DNA of 64,000 bases from Candidatus Micrarchaeota archaeon (GCA_040753215.1 JBFMEZ010000025.1:64001-128000), one strand, 5' to 3'; positions 18,900 through 28,707 are shown, counted from the stretch's first letter. Program-made: numbers and translations. The notes: generated from the sequence alone by a model not told the origin.

Positions 18900-19885
18900 C
18901 ATCTTTCTACGGTCGCGTTGTACCTCATCCCGTTCCAGACTATCTTCACGTCCTCCCCTAGATAGTTCTCAATCACCGTTATGTTCCTCACGGTACCCAG
19001 GACCGCTGCGTTCTTCAGCGACTGCCTTGAATTTGTCCAGTCGGTTGCGCTCCCGCTTATCACAATCAGCTCCGGCTTCGTCTGGTCCATCATCCAGTTT
19101 ATCTCAGTCAGCCCCGCGCCCATGCCGTGGTTCGGCCACTGCACTATCTGGCACGGCCCGCTGAGCTGCGCGACCCTCTGCTGCGAGCCCAGTATGTCGC
19201 CCGTGAGCAGCACGCACAGCCCGCGGTCTTCAACCTTAAGGACAATCCCGTCATTATTCACGTCAAAGAACCTGTCCTCCCCCTTTATCGGGTTGAGCAC
19301 GGTTATGTTTATCCCGTTCAGCACCGCACGGTCCCCTTCGCCAACAATCTTCAGGCTCTCTTCCCCAAGGTTCGCCAGGTAGGCGGCGTATTCCTGGCCC
19401 CCCTCCTCCGGCCTCCACACCTCCCCGAACCTGAACCTGTTGGACACGTACTCCAGCCCCCCATAGTGCTCAGGGTCATCGTGGGTTGAAACCACAAGCT
19501 CAAAATCGTCCACGCCCTTCTCCAGCAGCATGTTCACGAGTTTCTGCTGGCTTACAGAAGGCCCCCCGTCCACGAGTATGTCCGTGTCCCCTTTCTTTAT
19601 GAGGACCGCATCCCCCTGCGTGTCCCCGGAGCCCACGTTGAAGAAATACACGTACAAATCCGTATTCGGCGTGCTCACGTACTCCGTGGCGCTCGCCTGC
19701 GGCGGGGTTGCGTTGCCCTGCGTGACCACAGTCCCCTCGCCCTCCCTTATCACAAGATAGCCGCCGGAAGCGTTTCCGGTTTCCGGTGTCCTGTTTCCGG
19801 TTTCCTGTTCTCCGGCAGGCGGCTGTCCGCCGCCGATGCAGCCCAAAACAAGCAAAAGAACCAGCCCGAATGCGATCCACTTCAT
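18899..19885 (-). CDS. ComEC/Rec2-like metallo-beta-lactamase lipoprotein
   Basis: Lipobox LGC; GDAVLI, VDGG, STHDDPEHYGG, NNDGIV and LTGD motifs. Confidence 0.85.
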   Translation of the reverse strand: MKWIAFGLVLLLVLGCIGGGQPPAGEQETGNRTPETGNASGGYLVIREGEGTVVTQGNATPPQASATEYVSTPNTDLYVYFFNVGSGDTQGDAVLIKKGDTDILVDGGPSVSQQKLVNMLLEKGVDDFELVVSTHDDPEHYGGLEYVSNRFRFGEVWRPEEGGQEYAAYLANLGEESLKIVGEGDRAVLNGINITVLNPIKGEDRFFDVNNDGIVLKVEDRGLCVLLTGDILGSQQRVAQLSGPCQIVQWPNHGMGAGLTEINWMMDQTKPELIVISGSATDWTNSRQSLKNAAVLGTVRNITVIENYLGEDVKIVWNGMRYNATVER

Positions 19886-19949
19886 ATTCTACACCAACAA
19901 CCTCTTGGGTAATTCTTTTTATAAACATGCGCCGAATCCGTCCGGAATA

Positions 19950-20300
19950 ATGCGGCAGAGAATAACACAACGGGCTTAAAACTCCCGCATCACCAGACTC
20001 CACATGGTTTCCAGACTTAGTTTCAGGTCAGAGGCAGAGCTAGGCAGGTATGTGGAACAGTAGCAGGGCAAGCTGGTCCCTGGTCGAAACGGCTTCAGGA
20101 AGATACTCGACCCCGAGGGCATGATAAGGGCCAACGTAATACAGAATACGGACGGCTCCATCAGCGGGACCCAGTTTGCGACCCCGTTCCACACCCGGCG
20201 GGCATACGAAGAGAGAAAGGGCCATATCGGCCAGCCGGTGGAAAGGAGGGCTGGAGGGCTGCGCAGCGGATTCTGGCCGCAGGAGTGCATGCTGGATTAG
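19950..20300 (+). pseudogene. Probable pseudogene with two in-frame stops
   Basis: 117-codon frame from an ATG about 25 nt after TTTTATAAA, interrupted by TAA and TAG. Confidence 0.45.
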
Positions 20301-20330
20301 AAGTTTCCGGTTTCCAGTTTTTTCTTATTC

Positions 20331-20876
20331 CTACTTTATTAACTTCCCCCGCGCGTCCTCTAACTGTACCCTGCCGACGTCTTGCTTCCTCCGCAATTCC
20401 GGCATCAGCGCACCGGAGAAATGCAAAGGTTCAACTTCCATGAATATCTTTTCCATAAACCCGAAAATCCGCTCCGCCTCCTTCCTTTCCCCCTTCCTCA
20501 GGTGGTCGAACATCCTCCTTTTCAGCTCGCCCATGCAATCCAGCAATCCATCCAGATAGGACTCATCTCCCACCCCGACCTCCTTCTGCGAAAGCACTTT
20601 TCCGTCCCTCGCAATCCCGAGGTAAACCATTCCCTCGGTGTATTCCGCCTTAGGGTGCTCCAGCCGCCACTCCAATCCCGTGGCATTCTTCTCCATTTCC
20701 CCGAGCACCTTCTTCGCCTCCCCGAGCAATTTCTCCGCCTCTTCAAAATTCCCCAGGTGCGTTTCCTTTATGGATTTTGAGCAGAGCCGCACGGCCTCCC
20801 TCTCCTTCACGATGAGCGAATCCAGCCGTTTCTCCTTCTCAAGCATCCTCTTCTCAATCTCAGAAACAAGTTCCAT
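20331..20876 (-). CDS. Translin/TRAX family protein
   Basis: EYTEG, YLDGLLDCMGELKR and LRRKQD motifs. Confidence 0.88.
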   Translation of the reverse strand: MELVSEIEKRMLEKEKRLDSLIVKEREAVRLCSKSIKETHLGNFEEAEKLLGEAKKVLGEMEKNATGLEWRLEHPKAEYTEGMVYLGIARDGKVLSQKEVGVGDESYLDGLLDCMGELKRRMFDHLRKGERKEAERIFGFMEKIFMEVEPLHFSGALMPELRRKQDVGRVQLEDARGKLIK

Positions 20877-20962
20877 GCCTTATTCTCTCACTCCTGCTTA
20901 AAAAACTCTTTCCAAAACCCGCAGTCCCCGGTTTTAAAACATTTCCTATCATAAATAATAAC

Positions 20963-21976
20963 ATGGCTGAAACCACCTACCAGCCGCAGACACAGCAAAG
21001 AATCCTGCAGGTGCCCGCCGCTGAGCAAAAAGACGCATTGTTCCGCAAGCATCCGTTCCTCAAGCACTTCGGCACCAGGCAGCGCAACAAGGCCGGGGAG
21101 TGGCTGATGGTGCTGGCAGAACGTGAAAAGCTTGTTTCGTCGTTTGTCCAGTGCATTGTGGATGAACTTGCAAGAAAGGATGCACGCGAGAAGATGTGCT
21201 CTCTGGTGGCGGGTCCTTCTCCCGAAGCAATGGATAAGTTCATAGAAGCCGCGAAGGCAAAGGCCGAAGACTATGGCATCGAAACAGATGGCTTGAGACA
21301 CGAATCTGTGCTAGAGAAAATAAGGCGGAGCCCCTTAGATGCGGTCGAGATAACAGTATTGGCAGATGTGCTTCGTGCCAACGGAATCTTCTTTGGCCGT
21401 TATGGCCACAATATAGTTGACGCCTTTATCGCGGACATAATCAAATATGCATCGTTCCCCTTCATGACTAAGCCGGCGGCGTATGTTCTTTGTAAAGATA
21501 CCATGTTGTTTTTTGGGAGGGTTGTCGAGCCAGGGTCCCCCCTCTTCTTTTTTATGCCATCCGCATGGGCTGACGGGCACCAGTTTGTAATACCCCACTC
21601 ACGGTGGTATAGATCCGAAGCGCTTTGCCCCGAAGCCATACAGCACGAAGCACAACACATGTTCGATGCTAATGCAGGGATTATTTTCGAGAATATTGAA
21701 TACACACCATACCTTGCTGGATTTGCATTTGCACCGGAAGTACGCGTCTATCCTCAGTTGCCAGACCCAGGGCCTCATTCTTCAGCCCGTTTGCGCATCC
21801 ACAACGAACTCATGGCGCTATTCGATTTCGGCGATGCCATCAGGCTAATTTCTTTGTCTCCAGAGCAGGTTAATGCAGCCGCGCTCGCGCTGTTGAATGC
21901 CGAATACAAGAGGAAGATTGGCTTCACCTACGATGAGCTGGTCGCACCGTTCAAAGAATTGCAACCCGTCATCTAG
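20963..21976 (+). CDS. Hypothetical protein with HExxH motif (possible zinc metallopeptidase)
   Basis: AIQHEAQH followed by downstream EY; lower GC than the backbone. Confidence 0.65.
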   Translation: MAETTYQPQTQQRILQVPAAEQKDALFRKHPFLKHFGTRQRNKAGEWLMVLAEREKLVSSFVQCIVDELARKDAREKMCSLVAGPSPEAMDKFIEAAKAKAEDYGIETDGLRHESVLEKIRRSPLDAVEITVLADVLRANGIFFGRYGHNIVDAFIADIIKYASFPFMTKPAAYVLCKDTMLFFGRVVEPGSPLFFFMPSAWADGHQFVIPHSRWYRSEALCPEAIQHEAQHMFDANAGIIFENIEYTPYLAGFAFAPEVRVYPQLPDPGPHSSARLRIHNELMALFDFGDAIRLISLSPEQVNAAALALLNAEYKRKIGFTYDELVAPFKELQPVI

Positions 21977-22016
21977 TTTTTAATCCGTTCCCTCCATTAC
22001 TGCACATGGTGCTCTA

Positions 22017-22667
22017 ATGATAGTCCTCAATCTTAAGAATTATTCCGCCTCCTTCACCCGCTGCCTCGCCCTCACGGACGCGGCCGCGAAGGTCTCCCAT
22101 GATTCCGGCATGCGCATAATCGTGTGCCCCCCTCCCACCCACCTAAACTGTTCCGCCTCCATGTACAAGGACGTCTTCGCCCAGCACACGGATGCGTTCG
22201 AGCAGGGCGCGCACACAGGTTTCCTCATTCCGGAGGCGCTCAAATCCATCAACGTAAAGGGCTCATTGGTAAACCATTCCGAGCACAGGATAGGCACGGA
22301 GAATGTAGGAAAAACCGTTTCCCTGCTCAAAACCCACGGATTGGAAACCGTGGTTTGCGGAGAAAATGCGACAGAATGCGCAGAATTAGCCAAGTTCGGC
22401 CCGGATTACATCGCGGTTGAGCCACCCGAACTCATCGGCTCAGGCATTTCAGTTTCCACAGCGAAGCCCGAAGTGATTACTTCTACAGTAGATGCAGTAA
22501 AAGCAGCCAACCCTTCCGTCCGCGTCCTCTGCGGCGCCGGAGTCTCCACAAAGGAGGATGTAAAGAAATCCCTGGAATTGGGCGCAAAGGGAGTCCTGCT
22601 CGCCTCCGCATATGTGAAGGCAAAGGACCCGGTCAAGTTTTTGCAGGAGTTCGCCGGGGCGTTCTGA
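22017..22667 (+). CDS. tpiA: Triosephosphate isomerase (archaeal type)
   Basis: NLKNY, NHSEHR, AVEPPELIGSG and GVLLAS motifs. Confidence 0.96.
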   Translation: MIVLNLKNYSASFTRCLALTDAAAKVSHDSGMRIIVCPPPTHLNCSASMYKDVFAQHTDAFEQGAHTGFLIPEALKSINVKGSLVNHSEHRIGTENVGKTVSLLKTHGLETVVCGENATECAELAKFGPDYIAVEPPELIGSGISVSTAKPEVITSTVDAVKAANPSVRVLCGAGVSTKEDVKKSLELGAKGVLLASAYVKAKDPVKFLQEFAGAF

Positions 22668-22718
22668 AAAAATGTGCCAGTCCGTGTCCGTTTAAATATT
22701 TCAGTACATAATACAACC

Positions 22719-23386
22719 ATGAACTCAAGACGTTTGCAATTTGTTCAGTTGGGACTGCCCATTCGTACCCGGAAGCAAGGAGAATGGCTGCAAGCCGGGA
22801 CATGGAACTCCCCGCTTACAAGTTGCTTGACAGATATTTCCTGAACCATGCTGGTTCCGGAATGGCCAAAGAACTCCTTGCCCACCCGGAAAAGGACGGC
22901 GTTTTCCAGAGAGGAAGGGACATCAGGGATTCCTTATCAGACCTCTCAATCCCGGCGTCTGAAGTGCCTCCGCAGGCATTCGGAAGGAAAGGAATCGGGA
23001 TGCTGGTGGTGCCGAGGGATGGGGAAGAGGGACTGGAGGCAAGCAAAGGGCGGACATACGTCCATCCGCAGCCCATAGCAATTTTCAATGGAATGGTACA
23101 GACCTCCGGTAGATGGGTGTACGGATGCATGCCGCATGGCAACTTGGGGTTTCCAGTCGCAATGTCAATCTACGATACGTGTGCAGAAGATACGAAGAGG
23201 TCGCTTTTACGGACTGCGGGCGAGGGCATTAGGCCTGTCAAGTGCGGGTGCGTCATCGTAAAGGGCGCATGGTACAACAAATTCGTCTACCTGGGCGGCA
23301 GTCCGTCGTATGGTCTTAGAGTGGTTGGAGTGCTTCCCTCCAGCGAAAGCGCCCCGCAGCACTATTATGGACTAGGCGGCAGGTAG
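22719..23386 (+). pseudogene. Hypothetical gene; main frame open from about 22721, ATG at 22719 out of frame (or short CDS from 22784)
   Basis: Promoter resembles that at 24252-24298; one base missing after the ATG would join the frames. Confidence 0.5.
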
Positions 23387-23442
23387 CGTTTTAGGGGAAT
23401 GCCTTAGGCCAATTATGGAACTTATCTGGGCAGCCCAAAACT

Positions 23443-23487
23443 TTAGCCGTAGAATATCTGCCTTAGTGAAAGGTCCTTGGGCAAACT
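23443..23487 (-). repeat. Diverged duplicate of the thrS 3' end
   Basis: SLPKDLSLRQIFYG* versus ThrS SMPKELSLRPIFYG*. Confidence 0.85.
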
Positions 23488-23581
23488 GACATGCACCCAC
23501 TTCTTTCTTTCAACCCATCGTCTTTCCATATCTGTTAATAAACATATCGCACGTAATATACATATCAAACAGGTGAAAGAA

Positions 23582-23803
23582 ATGGTAAGCATAACACTGT
23601 CCGTCCCTCTGGAGCTGAAGAAGGAGATGGAGGTCTTCCCGGAGATGAACTGGAGCGAGGTCGCGAGGCAGGCGATAATCAGGAAACTGCAGATGCTCAA
23701 GAAGTTCAGGGAATTCTCGAAGGAGAGCAAGCTCACAGAAGATGATGCGCTGCGGCTCGGCCAAGAAGTCAGCGCGGCGGTTTCAAGGCGCCACAAGAGA
23801 TGA
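23582..23803 (+). CDS. Ribbon-helix-helix antitoxin (VapB-like)
   Basis: MVSITLSVP..NWSEVARQAI; directly upstream of a PIN gene. Confidence 0.85.
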   Translation: MVSITLSVPLELKKEMEVFPEMNWSEVARQAIIRKLQMLKKFREFSKESKLTEDDALRLGQEVSAAVSRRHKR

Positions 23804-23807
23804 AGGG

Positions 23808-24203
23808 ATGCAGCTCGTGGTGGATGCGAACATCCTTTTCGCTGCCCTGATAAAGGACAGCAAGACAATCGAGCTTCTTTTCAGCGATTTTGCGATGTTC
23901 TTCGCCCCGGAATTCATACTTGAGGAATTCCAAAAGCACAGGGACGAAATCCTGCAAAAGACCAGCAGGAGCCCGGAGGAGTTTGATTCCGTATTCGAAA
24001 TCCTTAAGGAAGTCATCATCGTTGTGCCAAAAGAGGACTACGAAGGCATGCTTCCCGCCGCGGATAAAATCGCCCCGGACCCTAAAGACGCCCCCTATCT
24101 CGCCCTTGCGCTCAAGTTGAACATTCCGATATGGAGCAACGATAAGAGGCTAAAAACCCAAAACGAAGTGAACGTATACAGCACAAAAGAGCTTTTGGGA
24201 TAA
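23808..24203 (+). CDS. PIN-domain toxin (VapC-like)
   Basis: VVDANIL, DPKDAPYLALA and IWSNDK motifs. Confidence 0.92.
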   Translation: MQLVVDANILFAALIKDSKTIELLFSDFAMFFAPEFILEEFQKHRDEILQKTSRSPEEFDSVFEILKEVIIVVPKEDYEGMLPAADKIAPDPKDAPYLALALKLNIPIWSNDKRLKTQNEVNVYSTKELLG

Positions 24204-24251
24204 GCAAAGGACCCGGTCAAGTTTTTGCAGGAGTTTGCGGCGGCATTCTGA
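24204..24251 (+). repeat. Duplicate of the tpiA 3' end
   Basis: 32 bp identical to 22620-22651, then diverges (EFAAAF* versus EFAGAF*). Confidence 0.92.
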
Positions 24252-24298
24252 AAAGTGTGGTAATAGCTTCTTAAATATTCCCATATACTAATACCTTT

Positions 24299-25002
24299 AT
24301 GAACGCTACAATTCATGCAGCAAGATTGATCCGCGGCCCGGCGCTGGAAGTGCTCGTCCCCAGGAGCAGGGGCGTGCCTTTTGACGAGGCGCTCGGGGTT
24401 GCGGAGCGGGGAAGGATGTTATTGCTTCAAACCTGAGATTGCACAGGGCACAAACAACCGGGGAGTGGAGGGCCATTAGAGAAGTTTTTGCATGCTGGAC
24501 GGGTACAATGGTGGGCTTCGTGGAGCCGGGCGAAAGGCTTGGGGAGGCAATTGTGTGGAACGAGCCCGGAACAGCCATTGAAAGGGTTTTCCCGGTTCCA
24601 AAGAGGTTCAGGGAGCTGAGGGATTGCGCCCTTGTTGTGGAACATCCATATTACACTATTGAGCCAAAGGGGAATGAAAGGATTGTCAGGGCAGAAAGGG
24701 GAAAGGTGGAAGTTGTAGAGGAATTGCCACCTGAGGATGGCTTTTATCTTATAGACCCGAAGCACGGCATCCCGCAGGGAAAAAAAGTGGAGCCAGAAGG
24801 TCGGGTGGATTTGGCAAATCTGTCTAGGATTGCGAAAAGGGTGGGCCTTGTTGCCTGCGGCAACAACAACTGGGGCGGCTACGTCAGGCGGTACGTCGAC
24901 GCGGTCTACCAGGTGTCCTGCAGGCTCGGGGTGGCAGTGGAAGCCCCCGGAGGGGGCGCGCCGAAAATGCACCGCCAACACAGAGGAGAAGCGCTGGAAT
25001 AA
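24299..25002 (+). pseudogene. Frameshifted hypothetical gene, candidate DGR target
   Basis: ATG 24299 frame joins the 187-aa ORF frame by a shift near the G run at 24408-24411; NNC-codon-rich 3' region followed by a GGA-loop hairpin. Confidence 0.6.
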
Positions 25003-25299
25003 GCCAAGCGCCTCGCGCAAGGCGCGGCATCTGCAGTTGAGCATCTAGGCACGGTGGTCGCAGCCGAGCGCCTAGAAGAGATAAGGGCGTTGATTGCGGC
25101 AGTTGAAATTGAGCATTCCACCCATCTCTGATGGGTGGTGGGGGGTGGAATGCAGCTGTCAAAATGCTCCCAGTGCGAGCGCCCTTGCAAGCCACCGGCC
25201 TGCGGCCGGTGGTGGCGCGAGCATTTTGACAATCTCTAGCCCGCCAGCGCGAAAACATATAGTCCAAACTATGCAAATATCATAGCCGGGACTATATTT

Positions 25300-26730
25300 C
25301 TATCTGACCGGCAAGGAGTCAAACATCCGCGTTATATCTTTCAACTCCAGCCCAACCACCCCCCGCTCTTCCATGTATCTTTTCGCAGATGGCGTAAATC
25401 CTGCCTTCGCAACGACCAGCATCCTTACGTTTGAGCGCTGTTCATGCGTGCAGGAAAGGAAGGAAATCCTGCTCTCAAGCTCCGCCACAACCTGCGCGTC
25501 AGCAGGCGTGTTCTCCCACTTCACCTCGCCCACGAGCATGGATTTCTTCCCAAGCGCTACGATATCCATGTCTCCCTCCTTGCGCCCCCACCAGCTTCCA
25601 AGCTCGTAGAACTCCAGAACCGCGTCCCCAAGCTTTTTGCCGTTCCATTTCGCCAAAAGCTCCTTCACCACGCTTTCAAACACGCGCCCTTCGAAAGCAG
25701 GCATCTCCGCCGCAATCCTTTCCTTGACATAATTGTAGTTCTCTATCTCAAGCGCGGAAAGGTTCCTGAACACGAAATTGTACCAGAAGGCGAAGAAATT
25801 GTCCTGGAAAACATACTGCGGCCGGTGCTTGCCGCAGAGGGGCGTAATCTTTTTTATGAGCTCAAGGTACTTCTCCAGCTTGTTCAGGTAAAAACCCATC
25901 TGGCCTGCGCCAATCCCGGTCTGGTCAGATATTTCCTTCGGATTCCTGTGCCCGCCAGCAATTGCTGCCAGGATGGAATTGTACCTTCCCGTATTCTTCA
26001 GCTCCATCCGCAGGAGCGCCTGCGGCTCGTCGCGCAGAAGCCCGTCCTTCTTCAGCATTGCCGCCTCCACAACCCCCATGTACTTTGAAGCGTCGGTGCA
26101 CTGCTCCGCAAAGCGCAGGTAGCTCGGCATCCCGCCGTAAGTTGCATAAAGCTTCATGAGCATCCCTTCATCAATCCCCGGAAGCGCCTGCCTGAACGAC
26201 TGGTAGTCAAAAGGGCGAAGCTTTATCCGTGCGGTCGCCCTCCCAAAGAGAGGCGATTTGCTGCTTATCGCTATGCGTTGTATCGCGCCAACCGCTGAGC
26301 CGAGGAAAACAACCATTATCGGCACATCTTTGAGCTTGGTGTCCCATAATTTCTGGAACCTAGTGAAGGCCCTCGGGTCCGTGCGCATTCTCTGGAATTC
26401 ATCAATCACTACGACGGTCTTCCTTTCCCCCGCCCTCTCACCGAGAAATGAGAAGAAAGACTCCCACGCCCTGAAGTCTGCCCTGACCTCCGGCCACGAT
26501 ATGGATACATCTTCGGATATTGAACGGAGCATGTCCGCAGGAGCCCTCTCGTCCACGAGAATGTAAGCTCCTTCGTCCTTGGGAACGTTGTCGGCGAGGA
26601 ATTTCCTTACAAGCTCGGTTTTCCCAACCCTCCTCCTGCCATACAGGATGATTAGTTCCCCGCGGCGCAGGTTCTCAAACCTCTGCCTGAAAGTTTCCAG
26701 CTCCTCTTTTCTGTCGGTGAATTTTACCAT
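25300..26730 (-). CDS. Archaeal AAA ATPase with wHTH and DUF234 PD-(D/E)xK domain
   Basis: YGRRRVGKT, IDEFQ, GGMP.YL, DNFFAFW and WWG..MDIV..GEVKW motifs. Confidence 0.92.
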   Translation of the reverse strand: MVKFTDRKEELETFRQRFENLRRGELIILYGRRRVGKTELVRKFLADNVPKDEGAYILVDERAPADMLRSISEDVSISWPEVRADFRAWESFFSFLGERAGERKTVVVIDEFQRMRTDPRAFTRFQKLWDTKLKDVPIMVVFLGSAVGAIQRIAISSKSPLFGRATARIKLRPFDYQSFRQALPGIDEGMLMKLYATYGGMPSYLRFAEQCTDASKYMGVVEAAMLKKDGLLRDEPQALLRMELKNTGRYNSILAAIAGGHRNPKEISDQTGIGAGQMGFYLNKLEKYLELIKKITPLCGKHRPQYVFQDNFFAFWYNFVFRNLSALEIENYNYVKERIAAEMPAFEGRVFESVVKELLAKWNGKKLGDAVLEFYELGSWWGRKEGDMDIVALGKKSMLVGEVKWENTPADAQVVAELESRISFLSCTHEQRSNVRMLVVAKAGFTPSAKRYMEERGVVGLELKDITRMFDSLPVR

Positions 26731-26802
26731 GCACAATACTTATAGTTCAAACTATATAAATGTTATTGTTTCGGCTATAACTTAGAAAACCAGCACAAGT
26801 AG

Positions 26803-28707
26803 TCATCCGTAAAATATCGGCCTCAGAGACAATTCCTTGGGCATGCTGAGCTGCTCAAATGGTTTATCCGCAGTTTTCTTCTTAATCTCCGCAGCCAGCT
26901 CCTCAGCCTTCATCTCTTTCTTTTCCCCGGTCTCACGAACAGTAACAGAAAGCTTGCCGCTCTCCATTTCCTTGTCCCCAACCACAGCAACATAAGGAAC
27001 CCAGTCCTTTTCCGCCTGCCTTATCTTCTTTGCGAGGCTTTCCTGCGTATCATCGATGTCCGTCCGTACCCCCTCAAACTTTGCAAACAGTTTCCCTGCA
27101 TATTCCAGATGCCTGTCTGCAATAGGAATAATCCGCACCTGCGTTGGAGAAAGCCAGAGCGGAAGCATCGCCTTCTCCCCCTTCTCCATCCTCATCGCTT
27201 CCTTCTCCAAGAGAGCATAGACCACCCTTTCCAGGCTCCCGGAAATGGATGCATGCGTAATCACGGGCTTCTTCCTGCTTCCATCCTCATCCACATAATG
27301 GATTCCGTACGTGCCTGCATTCTCCACATCAATCTGCACCGTAGTAAGTGCAGAAGCCTTGTCCATCGAATCCAAAAAGTTGAACTCAAATTTCGTAATG
27401 AAGTACGCATACCTCTCATCAAACATCTCCACAAGCACCGGCTTTCCAATCCTCTTCACCATCCTCGCATACCATTCCTTATTTTTCTCATAGAAATCCG
27501 TCTCTATGCGGAAGCCCACCTCCGCCTTCTCAAACAACCCAACCGAAGAAAGCCAGGAAATCCCAAGCCCAAGCTGCCTCTCAAACTCCTCCTGCGCCTG
27601 TGGAATGTCCCTGCAGAGGGCGTGCATATCCGGCATCGTGAAAGCCCGCAATCTCTTCAGCCCGGCGAGCTCCCCTCCCTGCTCGCGCCTAAATGAATAG
27701 CGCGTCAATTCATACATTTTCAAAGGAAGGTGCCTGTGCGAAATCACCATTCCCGTGGCCATCAAAAACTGCCCGAAGCAGGCGGAGAACCGTAAAAACA
27801 GCTTCTTCTCGTCCGAAAGCACCACATACTGCCTCGCAGGGAAGCGGTCAAGGTATTTCTTCAGCGTCGGGTGCTCAAAATCATACATCACGGGCGTCTC
27901 CACCTCCATCGCCCCATAATCCACGCAGAAATCCGTTATGTCCTTCTCAAGTATTCTTTTGATCAGCCGCCCGTTCGGGTACCAGCGGAAGTTCCCCTGA
28001 TCCGTCCCAGGCTCGTAATCCACGAACTCGTGCTCCTTCATTATCTTCACGTGCGGCGGCTCCTTCTCATACGCCCGCACCTTCTTGGCCTCATAGGTCA
28101 TGAACTTATGCAATCCCTCATGTCCCTTGTAATTGAACTTCTCATGCTCAACCAGCTTCCCTTCCGGAGTAAGCACATAGAACCTGCTCTGCAGCCCCGC
28201 CTCCTTTTTTAGGGATTCCGAAACCCTCTCTTCGCTCTCCACGCCCTTTATCTTCATCTCCTTTTTCTCTGCCTTCATTCCCGGAGTGAAAACGCGCGAA
28301 AGCTCACTAAGCGGATGGCCTTTTGCCTCCACCTTGAATTTTTTATAATAGCCGAAAGGCGCCCTAAGCACCGTAAACCCGTTCTCCTTCAGCGCCCCCT
28401 CGATATCCTTGAGCAATTGTATCGCCGCTTCCGGAGAGGATGGCGTGCTCCCAAAAAGAAGGTGCGCATACGGATAAAGCATCACATTCCTGCATTTCAC
28501 CTGCTCGGAGACAGACAAAAGGTCATCCACGGCCTGCTGCGCAATCCCGTTCAGGTCCTCCTCATCGCTCTTCTCCACCGCAATCCGGACCCAGATTACG
28601 TCCTTCATCTCGCCTTTTTCCATTTCCTTGGGAATAGCTTCCGCAAACTTGGTCTTCCTGGTGGTCTCGTACGAAACCCTGTCCGCATGGATGATAAGCT
28701 CCTTCAT
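26803..28707 (-). CDS. thrS: Threonyl-tRNA synthetase (archaeal, N-terminal editing domain)
   Basis: YPYAHL, APFGYYK, GHPLSELSR, RFSACFGQF and RLRAFTMPDMH motifs. Confidence 0.96.
   Translation of the reverse strand: MKELIIHADRVSYETTRKTKFAEAIPKEMEKGEMKDVIWVRIAVEKSDEEDLNGIAQQAVDDLLSVSEQVKCRNVMLYPYAHLLFGSTPSSPEAAIQLLKDIEGALKENGFTVLRAPFGYYKKFKVEAKGHPLSELSRVFTPGMKAEKKEMKIKGVESEERVSESLKKEAGLQSRFYVLTPEGKLVEHEKFNYKGHEGLHKFMTYEAKKVRAYEKEPPHVKIMKEHEFVDYEPGTDQGNFRWYPNGRLIKRILEKDITDFCVDYGAMEVETPVMYDFEHPTLKKYLDRFPARQYVVLSDEKKLFLRFSACFGQFLMATGMVISHRHLPLKMYELTRYSFRREQGGELAGLKRLRAFTMPDMHALCRDIPQAQEEFERQLGLGISWLSSVGLFEKAEVGFRIETDFYEKNKEWYARMVKRIGKPVLVEMFDERYAYFITKFEFNFLDSMDKASALTTVQIDVENAGTYGIHYVDEDGSRKKPVITHASISGSLERVVYALLEKEAMRMEKGEKAMLPLWLSPTQVRIIPIADRHLEYAGKLFAKFEGVRTDIDDTQESLAKKIRQAEKDWVPYVAVVGDKEMESGKLSVTVRETGEKKEMKAEELAAEIKKKTADKPFEQLSMPKELSLRPIFYG

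Noticed and set aside
19950..20300. Stop-codon recoding suggested by in-frame stops
   Set aside because: The stops are of two kinds (TAA, TAG) and all three stop codons terminate conserved genes normally; a pseudogene is simpler.
23443..23868. 141-aa minus-strand ORF ending like ThrS
   Set aside because: Mostly antisense to the antitoxin gene; only the last 14 codons are meaningful (thrS duplicate).
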